A stretch of 64,000 nucleotides of DNA, from positions 128,001 through 192,000 of the forward strand of contig CAVTLK010000002.1 in NCBI GenBank assembly GCA_963735595.1. Direction: 5' to 3'. This document shows positions 56,594 to 64,000 of this stretch, piece by piece. The notes under the pieces are model-generated. The model did no database searches and had not been told where the DNA came from. It worked only from the letters and a program-made list of their open reading frames with translations. The translations under genes and the position numbers were made by a program. Source of the stretch: an uncultured delta proteobacterium. GTDB lineage: Bacteria > Desulfobacterota > Zymogenia > Zymogenales > Zymogenaceae. The first letter of the stretch is position 1. Each line of letters begins with the position of its first letter.

Positions 56594-56629
56594 GTGACGT
56601 CTCGGGGCGATCGAGACCCGGTGCAAACG

Positions 56630-57094
56630 CTACCGGAGCGACCGCAACCGCTCCAGCACGTCCGCGGCATGGTTTTGCACGCTCACCTTGTCCCAGACAT
56701 CCTGCACCGTTCCCTCCGGATCGATGAGAAAGGTCGAGCGGATAGTCCCCTCATACTCTCTCCCGTAGAGCTTCTTCTTTCCCCAGACGCCCCATTCGGA
56801 GACCGCCCGGCGCTCCGTATCGGAAAGGAGCGTGATGGTCAGGGCGTGTTTTTTTATGAAGGCCCGGTGGCTGTCAGCCGAATCGACGCTCACACCGATG
56901 ATCTCGGCGTTCAGCGCCCTGAACTCGTCTTTAAGCCTGGAAAAGTCGGACGCCTCTATCGTGCATCCGCTGGTGTTATCCTTCGGATAGAAGTAGAGGA
57001 CTACCCACTTCCCACGAAGATCCGTGAGGCAGGTTTCTTTTTCGTCCGTATCGGGCAGGCACAGGTCAGGAGCTTTTTGTCCTGCGGTGATCAT
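56630..57094 (-). CDS. bcp: Peroxiredoxin, BCP/PrxQ type
   Basis: VVLYFYPKDNTSGCT, GVSVD and RSTFLIDP. Confidence 0.93.
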   Translation of the reverse strand: MITAGQKAPDLCLPDTDEKETCLTDLRGKWVVLYFYPKDNTSGCTIEASDFSRLKDEFRALNAEIIGVSVDSADSHRAFIKKHALTITLLSDTERRAVSEWGVWGKKKLYGREYEGTIRSTFLIDPEGTVQDVWDKVSVQNHAADVLERLRSLR

Positions 57095-57223
57095 TGTATC
57101 CTCCTTCGTTCGTCATCTCGGTCGTTACCCTCTCGTGTGTGTATCACCGATCTCTCTTACTATTAGATGACCAAACGGACCGCAGGTATCGCCCCGCGCC
57201 GGGAAATCTGCTATACTCATGCT

Positions 57224-58102
57224 ATGATTTGCAACCTCTGTCCCCATGAATGCGGCGTGGACCGATCGGTTACGCCCGGGCGGTGCGGCGCGCCGAACCG
57301 CCTGAAGGCGGCGCTGGCCCTCCCGTTTTTCTTCGAGGAGCCGCCGATAAGCGGGGTGCGGGGCAGCGGAGCCGTCTTCTTTTCCCACTGCAACCTTTCA
57401 TGCGCCTTCTGCCAGAACCACGAGATCTCGGCCGACGGTTTCGGCAAAGAGATCACGGGTGACGAGCTTGTCGCGATACTCTTACACCTCACAGAAAAGG
57501 GGGTCCATACCATCAACATGGTGTCGCCGACCCCGTATACCGACCTGGTTGCCGGTGTGCTCCGGGATGTCCGGGAAAAGCCGCTGCCGCCGGTGGTCTG
57601 GAACTCCAACGGCTACGAGAAACCGGAGACCCTGGCGATGCTGGAAGGGCTGGTCGACGTCTACCTGCCCGATCTGAAATACACGAGCGAGGCGGCGGCC
57701 CTGCGCTGTTCGGGTGCGCCGGATTACCCGGCGGCCGCCGCGGCGGCGATCGGGGAGATGAAGCGGCAGGCCGGTGATTTAGTCCTCGATGAGGACGGCG
57801 TGGCCGTACGGGGGACCATGATCCGCCACCTGGTGCTGCCGGGGATGATCGACGAGTCCAAACGGGTCCTCCTGTGGATAGCCGAACACCTCGGCCCCCA
57901 GACGCACATCAGCCTCATGTCGCAGTACTATCCGGCCCACCGGGCGCGGCTTATAGCCGGACTCGATCGGCCGGTCTCTAACGCCGAGTATGAAGAGGTC
58001 TGCCGATATGCTGTTGCGCTTGGTTTTGAGAACGGCTGGTTCCAGGAAGAAGGGTCGCCGGACCCGGAATTCACTCCCCGGTTCGACCTGCGCGGCGTAT
58101 AG
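57224..58102 (+). CDS. Radical SAM protein, PflX-like
   Basis: CNLCPHECGVDR, EEPPISG..GSG, CNLSCAFCQN, YLPDLKY, RHLVLPG and MSQYYP. Confidence 0.9.
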   Translation: MICNLCPHECGVDRSVTPGRCGAPNRLKAALALPFFFEEPPISGVRGSGAVFFSHCNLSCAFCQNHEISADGFGKEITGDELVAILLHLTEKGVHTINMVSPTPYTDLVAGVLRDVREKPLPPVVWNSNGYEKPETLAMLEGLVDVYLPDLKYTSEAAALRCSGAPDYPAAAAAAIGEMKRQAGDLVLDEDGVAVRGTMIRHLVLPGMIDESKRVLLWIAEHLGPQTHISLMSQYYPAHRARLIAGLDRPVSNAEYEEVCRYAVALGFENGWFQEEGSPDPEFTPRFDLRGV

Positions 58103-58116
58103 CGAACGAGGGGGGA

Positions 58117-58758
58117 TCAGACGGCCAGGGCGGCCATGATACGGGCGGTCACCTGATCGGGGACGGCCGCTCCGTCGACCTCGCGGAGCTTGCCGGCATT
58201 TCGATAATAGTCGACGAGCGGGAGGGTCTCCCTGGCGTATTCGTCCATTCGTACCCGCACCTTTGGTTTCTCGTCGTCGGGCCGGGTGAAGAGGGCGCCG
58301 CTGCAAAGATCGCAGGTGCCCGGTATTTTCGGCGGTGCGTCGGTGCTGTGGTAGATCGCCCCGCACGAGCAGGACAGACGCCCCGAGATCCGGCGAATGA
58401 CCTCATCGGTACTAACCGAGATATAGACCACCGCGTCGGGAAGCCCCAGGCCTGTCAGCATTTGAGCCTGCGGGAGTGTTCGCGGGAAACCGTCCAGGAC
58501 GCAGTGCTTACCTTCCGCAGACAGCACCGCAAGGCGATCCCTCACCATGTCGGTGACCAAATGCGTTGGGCCGAGCTCTCCCTTTGCGGTTGCTTCCTGG
58601 AAGGCCATGCCGATTTTCGTTTTCCCGCGGATGTTTTCCCGGATGATGTCGCCCGATGAGAGATGAACAAGCCCCAGCCGCTCTGCAAGAATCCGAGCCT
58701 GGGTCCCCTTACCGCATCCGGGCGGGCCCATGAGGGCGATGGTGGAAGGATGATTCAT
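58117..58758 (-). CDS. adk: Adenylate kinase
   Basis: GPPGCGKGTQ, SSGDIIR, LDGFPRT and a Cys-containing lid. Confidence 0.93.
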   Translation of the reverse strand: MNHPSTIALMGPPGCGKGTQARILAERLGLVHLSSGDIIRENIRGKTKIGMAFQEATAKGELGPTHLVTDMVRDRLAVLSAEGKHCVLDGFPRTLPQAQMLTGLGLPDAVVYISVSTDEVIRRISGRLSCSCGAIYHSTDAPPKIPGTCDLCSGALFTRPDDEKPKVRVRMDEYARETLPLVDYYRNAGKLREVDGAAVPDQVTARIMAALAV

Positions 58759-58896
58759 CTCGGCGCTTTCTCCCGGTTATCTTTTATTTCTCTTTGGACA
58801 GAGTTTCCGGCATGAACATGGCCTGTTCATCAATGCCAATAGGCATGCCGGTATGAAATAATTGACCCCGGCCCTATAGGCGACGGCCCGCGGGTA

Positions 58897-59820
58897 CTAA
58901 AAATTATAGGCGGTTAGGAACGCCCTCAGGGACCGCTCGTATTCGGACCGCATCTCCCGGAACCCCCGATGGTGTCCGAGACCCTCAAAGATGAGCGACT
59001 CCTTTGGGCCGCTATAGGCATCCAGCAGTCGTTTCTGGTCATCGAACGGCACGACCTCATCCCCGGAGCACATGATGTACAGGACTGGGGTCGAAAGGTC
59101 CGCCGTATGGGCTATCGGGTTTGCATCCTCAAAATCCGCGCCGCTTCTCAGGCCGGCCAGGACAAGCGCGCCGGGAAGTAGAAACGGCGTCGCACCCCCG
59201 ACGACCTTCTCAGAATTAGTACGGATGCTGTTCGGAACATCGGCAATGCCCGAATCGAAGACAAGCAGATCCAGTGATGAGGGATCTGACTTCGCGGCCT
59301 CCATCGCTGCCAGGTAAGCGGCGGTCGCCCCCATGGATAGTGCTAAGCACCCAACCTTCTTTTCCGGACCAATTCCCTTTTCGGCGAGGAAGTCCAGCGC
59401 CCCCAGGATGTCGTTTCGCTCCTTGTCTCCAAAGGTTACGAAGGCCGGGGTGCTCTCACCGTGTCCCCTCAAGTCCAGCATGAGGACCGATATCCCTCGA
59501 TCGACAAACAGGGGTGCATAACCCACCAGCGCCTTCTTATTCGTGCCGCGTCCGTGGACGAGGACAAAGGCGCGGTCTGCGCCGGGGACCTCGATCCACC
59601 ACCCGGAAAGGGTAATGTCGCCGTCCCGGGACGGAAATGTAACTGATTCGACCTCCAACCCCACTTCCGCGGGGATAATCGGACCGTACTCCGCCTTCAA
59701 CTCCTCGTCGGTAAGGAGGGACGGAAAGAGGAGCTGATTGGAAAAGTAATAGGATATGCCAAGGTACGCGCCGACGATAACCAGCGCCAGTATCACGAGG
59801 GGCAGAATGATTTTTTTCAT
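58897..59820 (-). CDS. Membrane-anchored/secreted alpha/beta hydrolase
   Basis: LVHG, DLRGHGES, ALSMG nucleophile elbow, D..VP and GHH. Confidence 0.88.
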   Translation of the reverse strand: MKKIILPLVILALVIVGAYLGISYYFSNQLLFPSLLTDEELKAEYGPIIPAEVGLEVESVTFPSRDGDITLSGWWIEVPGADRAFVLVHGRGTNKKALVGYAPLFVDRGISVLMLDLRGHGESTPAFVTFGDKERNDILGALDFLAEKGIGPEKKVGCLALSMGATAAYLAAMEAAKSDPSSLDLLVFDSGIADVPNSIRTNSEKVVGGATPFLLPGALVLAGLRSGADFEDANPIAHTADLSTPVLYIMCSGDEVVPFDDQKRLLDAYSGPKESLIFEGLGHHRGFREMRSEYERSLRAFLTAYNF

Positions 59821-59822
59821 GG

Positions 59823-60017
59823 TTATACGGCCTTCTCATAGACCCGAACACCATAGACCTTCTCATACGCCCGGCAGTAGGGGCAGAAAAGGCGCTCTAT
59901 CTTCATCAGCTGGTACATCAGACCCCTGCCCTTTTGGCGGCCCTTAGTGCAACCGGGGCATTGGTCGCGGCAGAAGGCGGCGTTCTTGAGGGTCTTTGCG
60001 TCGAATTTCTTTTTCAC
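59823..60017 (-). CDS. Small Cys-rich hypothetical protein
   Basis: AAGGAG RBS, GTG start, CxxxCPxC...CPYCRAYEKVYG; stop lies 2 nt from the next ATG. Confidence 0.65.
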   Translation of the reverse strand: MKKKFDAKTLKNAAFCRDQCPGCTKGRQKGRGLMYQLMKIERLFCPYCRAYEKVYGVRVYEKAV

Positions 60018-60174
60018 GGCAACGGCTCCTTTGAAATTTCGCCAATCCTATCATGCCGGCGTGCCGTTTTCAATTATAAAAAAGATATTGCAGTTGTCCG
60101 AACGTGCCCGATCCGGATTTGATGAGCGTTATGGGATTGTTAGAGGAGAAGAAGCAGGCAAAACTGACGGTAGA

Positions 60175-60292
60175 AAAGGGAAACCCCCATCGTTTTCGAG
60201 CTGTAGTCTCGTGAGGTCAGGTCCGGTCCGGTTTGAGACTTTTTCTGTTCCGCTTCCAGTTGTACCGATGGGGGTGAGGGTTCTTATCTTTT
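60175..60292 (-). ncRNA. Candidate structured small RNA or leader (unassigned family)
   Basis: Nested inverted repeats ACCCCCATCG/CGATGGGGGT and AGTCTC/GAGACT, directly downstream of a minus-strand promoter, with a pyrimidine tail. Confidence 0.4.
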
Positions 60293-60298
60293 GATCGT

Positions 60299-60326
60299 AG
60301 TATAGCATCCCCAAAAAGGATGTCAA
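60299..60326 (-). promoter_or_regulatory. sigma70 promoter reading into the structured non-coding segment
   Basis: TTGACA-N16-TATACT with TGn extension. Confidence 0.65.
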
Positions 60327-60572
60327 GAAAAAAATGAATGAGTACCCATTCAGGAGCGATTTTTTTTGACGCCTTTGACTAAATGCGCGCACGGTTTGAA
60401 AAAAGCGGGGGAAAGGTCGTCATGCGGACGGGGGATCTCCTGGGGTGGTAACCCGCTTGGGACCGGGCGAGGCGTCACCGCGAAGCACGGGGGCGGCGGC
60501 GAAGCGCCTACAACCCGAATCGGAGACGAGGCGTGCCCCGGACAATTTTGAAACGCGTATTCACTATTTTTC

Positions 60573-60624
60573 TTGACGATTGTCTGTTGATTCGATAAAA
60601 TAGACAAATTAGGGTAAATGTCTA
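60573..60624 (+). promoter_or_regulatory. TetR-gene promoter with palindromic operator
   Basis: TTGACG-N17-TAAAAT (60573-60601); TAGACA-N12-TGTCTA (60601-60624) covers the expected transcription start. Confidence 0.7.
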
Positions 60625-60666
60625 ATTGTCTTACGGGAAACAAGGCGACAGCGACAACGGTTTTCG

Positions 60667-61299
60667 ATGAAAGACAGGACCAAAAATATAATCCTCGACG
60701 TGTCAAAGCGCCTCTTCGCCGAACGCGGTCTGGATAAGACGAAGGTTGAGGATATCGTCCAGGAGGGCCGGATATCAAGGGCGACGTTCTACAACTATTT
60801 CCACAATAAGGAGGAAATCTTCTTCTATCTTATCGAGGCGGAGATCAACCAAATACAGACGGACGCAGACAGAGGGATCGAAGCGGAAACCGATCCTTAC
60901 CGAAAGATAAAGATTTACTGCTTGAAGGTCATCCTCGGTGCGCGGGAAATGACCCGGCTCCTGGGCTTAAACGGCGAGGGATTTGAGACACTACCTCCTG
61001 CGCCGAAGAAGATGGTCGAGACGAGCTACCAGAGGAGTATCGCCACCATTACGAAGATCCTCAATAGCGGGGTTGAGACCGGTGCCTTTATCATATCAAA
61101 TACCGAGCTGACCGCACATATCATCCTCAGTGCCCTGGAAATCTATATCAACCCGAGCAAGCTGGGCGGCATCCGGGAAGAGTCCATCGAGGACCAACTC
61201 GATGAGCTCATGGAGGTGCTCTTTTACGGTTTCTCGAAGAAGGAGAAGGCGGAATCCGGCCGGGCGGTTGAAAAAGGTGGGAAGACCAGGACGGGGTAA
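60667..61299 (+). CDS. TetR/AcrR-family transcriptional regulator
   Basis: ILDVSKRLFAERG...EDIV....SRATFYNYFHNKEEI HTH. Confidence 0.93.
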   Translation: MKDRTKNIILDVSKRLFAERGLDKTKVEDIVQEGRISRATFYNYFHNKEEIFFYLIEAEINQIQTDADRGIEAETDPYRKIKIYCLKVILGAREMTRLLGLNGEGFETLPPAPKKMVETSYQRSIATITKILNSGVETGAFIISNTELTAHIILSALEIYINPSKLGGIREESIEDQLDELMEVLFYGFSKKEKAESGRAVEKGGKTRTG

Positions 61300-61428
61300 G
61301 TCCCCGTAAGGACAACAGACGGCTGGAGCCCGCATGATTAATAGCGGGCCGCTTCCCGAGTACGTACGAGCAAGAGATACAAGTATCGGATATATGGAAT
61401 AAATTCCCCAGATTTGTGGAGTCAGAAA

Positions 61429-62526
61429 ATGAAGATCCCGTGGCGTTTTACCAGAAAACAAACGATCATAGGCGTATGTTGCCTTCTGGTCGTATTTTTT
61501 ATTACCGCCAGGATCTACGGCTATATCGTCAAGGAGCCGGTCGTTTCGCTGGAAGAGATCTATAGGACCGAGGGTATCCCGGTTGAGGTGGCCGACGTCT
61601 CCCGAGGGCAGATGGATATCTGGAAGACCTATTCCGGGGAGCTCAAGGGAATCCTGCAGGCGGAGCTTACCTCCAACCTGAGCACACGCGTGATCAAGCT
61701 CCTCCATACGGTCGGCGATCCGGTGAAGAAGGGGGATATCATCATGAAGATAGACCCGAGTGATCCCTCCAGTATGACGGTCAATTTCCGACAGGACCAG
61801 GAGCTCTACCTGAAATCCCTTCGTGATTTCGAGCGGATGAAGATCCTCTATGAGGCGGGGGCCGTGTCCAAACAGGATTTCGAGAACGCCAGGACCGCCT
61901 ACGATATCGCGTTGTCAGATTTCAACGCATCTAAAGAATCGGTGGAGATCCCCGCCCCATTTGACGGGACGTTGACCGATATCAACGTCAACGAAGGCGA
62001 CCGCATTTCCACCGGGATGGTGCTCGGCACGGTGGCGGTCACCGACCGGATGCGGGTGGACCTCACGCTGTCGGAGGAAAAGGCGCGAATGATCGCCAAG
62101 GGGCAGCCGGCGCGCATTACCGTGCCGTCTCCCTCCGGCAGGGACGTCACGGTATCGGGCACGGTGGAGTCCGTGTCGCTTTCGGCCGATCCGGTAGCCG
62201 GGCTCTTCGGCGTCAGGGTCTCCTTCGACAACCCGGACGGCATCCTGATCCCCGGTACCGTCACCAGGGTCCAGATCCTCGTCTTCTCGGCCCCCGACGC
62301 CCTGGTCATCCCGGCATCAGCCCTGATAACCGAGGGCGATAATAGTTTTGTCTGGGTCGTGGATACAAAAAAGATCGCTACAAAACGTAAGACCACCATA
62401 GGCTGGCAGGGTGATGAATCCGTCGAGATCGTTGCCGGCGTTAACGTGGGCGACCGGATTGTCAGCAAGGGGCAGAACAGGCTGACCGATAACGCGCTCG
62501 TCAAAATCCTCAACCCGGAGAAATAG
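61429..62526 (+). CDS. RND efflux periplasmic adaptor (membrane fusion protein)
   Basis: N-terminal TM, GDPVKKGD lipoyl-like motif, helical hairpin, IPAPFDG and LVIPASA. Confidence 0.92.
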   Translation: MKIPWRFTRKQTIIGVCCLLVVFFITARIYGYIVKEPVVSLEEIYRTEGIPVEVADVSRGQMDIWKTYSGELKGILQAELTSNLSTRVIKLLHTVGDPVKKGDIIMKIDPSDPSSMTVNFRQDQELYLKSLRDFERMKILYEAGAVSKQDFENARTAYDIALSDFNASKESVEIPAPFDGTLTDINVNEGDRISTGMVLGTVAVTDRMRVDLTLSEEKARMIAKGQPARITVPSPSGRDVTVSGTVESVSLSADPVAGLFGVRVSFDNPDGILIPGTVTRVQILVFSAPDALVIPASALITEGDNSFVWVVDTKKIATKRKTTIGWQGDESVEIVAGVNVGDRIVSKGQNRLTDNALVKILNPEK

Positions 62527-62528
62527 CA

Positions 62529-64000
62529 ATGAACCTCATCGAGATTTCCGTCAAGCGCCCGGTCCTCACCGTTATGCTCATCACGGTTCTCGTGGTCATC
62601 GGCATTTTTTCCTTCACGCGCCTGACCATCGACCTCTTTCCGAAGGTCGATATTCCCGTGGTCACCATCAGCACCATCTACGAGGGAGCCGGTCCTAAAG
62701 AGGTGGAAAGCCAGGTGACCGAGAAGATCGAGGACGAGGTATCCACCGTCAGCAACGTCAAGTCCATCAGCTCCACGTCAATGGAGTATGTTTCGTACGT
62801 TATCGTCGAGTTTGAGGTGGGAACCGACGTTGATATGGCCGCGATAGAGGTTAAGGACAAAGTAGACGCCATCCTTGGTTCCCTGCCGGAAGACGTCGAC
62901 CGCCCCAAGATCGTCAAATTTGATATTAACGCCCTGCCAATCATGAACCTGTCGCTTTCGGCCGACCGCCCCCTCAACGAGGTCTATGACATAGGTGATA
63001 ACCAGGTCAGGGACCGGCTCAACCGGATCGACGGGCTGGCGTCTATCGAGATCGTCGGGGGACTAAAACGGGAAATCCAGGTGAACGTCAGCAAGGAGGC
63101 GTTGATCCGTTACGGGCTTTCCGTTACTGACGTGGCGGCAGTCATCGGTGCTGAAAACGTGAACGTACCCGTAGGGCGCCTGACACAAAACCAGGACGAA
63201 TATACCCTCCGGGTCCAGGGAGAGTTCTCCTCCCTTGCGGAACTGGCCGCCGCCACTATCACCACGCCGGCCGGCGGCACGGTGACGATCGGGGATATCG
63301 CCCGGGTCGAGGATTCTTTCGAGGAGCGGCGGGACTCGGCAACTTTCAACGGAAAGCCGTCGGTCGGCCTTATCGTCTACAAGCGCTCCGACGCCAACAC
63401 CGTCGAGGTCGCCACGGAGATATATAAGGCCATCGGCGACCTGGGCACGATATTGCCGGAGGGCTACGAGATAGGCATCGCCCGGGATACCTCGGCGTTT
63501 ATCGTCTCTTCGGTCAGAGACGTCATCAGTAACATTATCCTCGGCATCCTGATAACCGCGTTCTTCCTTTACATCTTCCTCCACGATTTCAGGTTTACTA
63601 TAATCGCCTCGCTCACGATCCCCGCGTCAATCATCGCTACTTTCATACTGATCTATGCCGCGGATTTTACCCTCAATATTATGAGCCTCATGGCCCTCGG
63701 TATCTCCATCGGGACACTGGTTACCAACTCGCTCCTTGTGTTGGAGAATATCGACCGCCACATTGCCCTGGGGGTGGAGCCCGTGGCTGCCGCGAACAAA
63801 GGGGCATCCGAGATCGCGCTGGCGGTGTCGGCCTCGGCGTTGACCAATGTCGTGGTCTTTACTCCGATCGCCTATATGCAGGGGATCATCGGGCAGTTCT
63901 TCAAGCAGTTCGGCATGACGGTCGTTTTTGCCACGGTCATCTCTCTGTTCATTTCGTTTACCCTGACCCCGATGCTTGCCGCAAAGTTCCTCGGCCCTAA
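62529..64000 (+). CDS. RND efflux permease, AcrB family (runs off the window end)
   Basis: MNLIEISVKRPV...DLFPKVDIPVV...EVESQVTEKIED; later FTLNIMSLMAL, VLENI, GIIGQFFKQFG and TLTPML. Confidence 0.95.
   Translation, partial: MNLIEISVKRPVLTVMLITVLVVIGIFSFTRLTIDLFPKVDIPVVTISTIYEGAGPKEVESQVTEKIEDEVSTVSNVKSISSTSMEYVSYVIVEFEVGTDVDMAAIEVKDKVDAILGSLPEDVDRPKIVKFDINALPIMNLSLSADRPLNEVYDIGDNQVRDRLNRIDGLASIEIVGGLKREIQVNVSKEALIRYGLSVTDVAAVIGAENVNVPVGRLTQNQDEYTLRVQGEFSSLAELAAATITTPAGGTVTIGDIARVEDSFEERRDSATFNGKPSVGLIVYKRSDANTVEVATEIYKAIGDLGTILPEGYEIGIARDTSAFIVSSVRDVISNIILGILITAFFLYIFLHDFRFTIIASLTIPASIIATFILIYAADFTLNIMSLMALGISIGTLVTNSLLVLENIDRHIALGVEPVAAANKGASEIALAVSASALTNVVVFTPIAYMQGIIGQFFKQFGMTVVFATVISLFISFTLTPMLAAKFLGP

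Noticed and set aside
58808..58852. Nested inverted repeats upstream of adk
   Set aside because: No U-tract or recognisable riboswitch motif; cannot distinguish an operator from chance.
60213..60232. GGTCAGGTCCGG resembles the SRP RNA (ffs) core
   Set aside because: It is not followed by the tetraloop and GGAAGCAG half of the conserved helix.
60240..60258. Minus-strand GGAAGCGG resembles the 5' end of tRNA-Sec
   Set aside because: No TCA anticodon arm, T-loop or acceptor-stem partner follows.

Overview
A roughly 62% GC bacterial chromosome segment; gene content suggests a deltaproteobacterium (Desulfobacterota-like), which is an inference. Most of the window is housekeeping: pyk (partial), lgt, an acyl-CoA ligase, glycerate kinase, aspC-coaD-rsmD-hisFAH, a sugar aminotransferase/acetyltransferase pair, tonB, a sirtuin, larE, an HD-GYP regulator, a complete trpEGDCFBA operon, a fucK-like kinase, clpB, bcp, adk, and a TetR-controlled RND efflux pump (partial). 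Three things stand out. (1) A 20.6-kb, terminator-bounded three-gene surface locus (33140-53806) behind a sigma54-type promoter. It encodes an outer-membrane beta-barrel with a SprA-like motif, an Ig-repeat/DUF11/SdrD-B protein, and a giant DUF11-repeat protein (about 5,000 aa once frameshifts are bridged) ending in two tandem copies of an alpha/alpha-toroid-like domain. This is a candidate undescribed secretion/surface-display system. (2) An unannotated 31-aa Trp leader peptide (WWVW) followed by what looks like a tandem two-terminator attenuator. (3) A promoter-backed structured non-coding segment near 60.2 kb. Frameshifts cluster in the surface locus and may be sequencing or assembly errors. 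No CRISPR array, rRNA, tRNA or mobile element was recognised.
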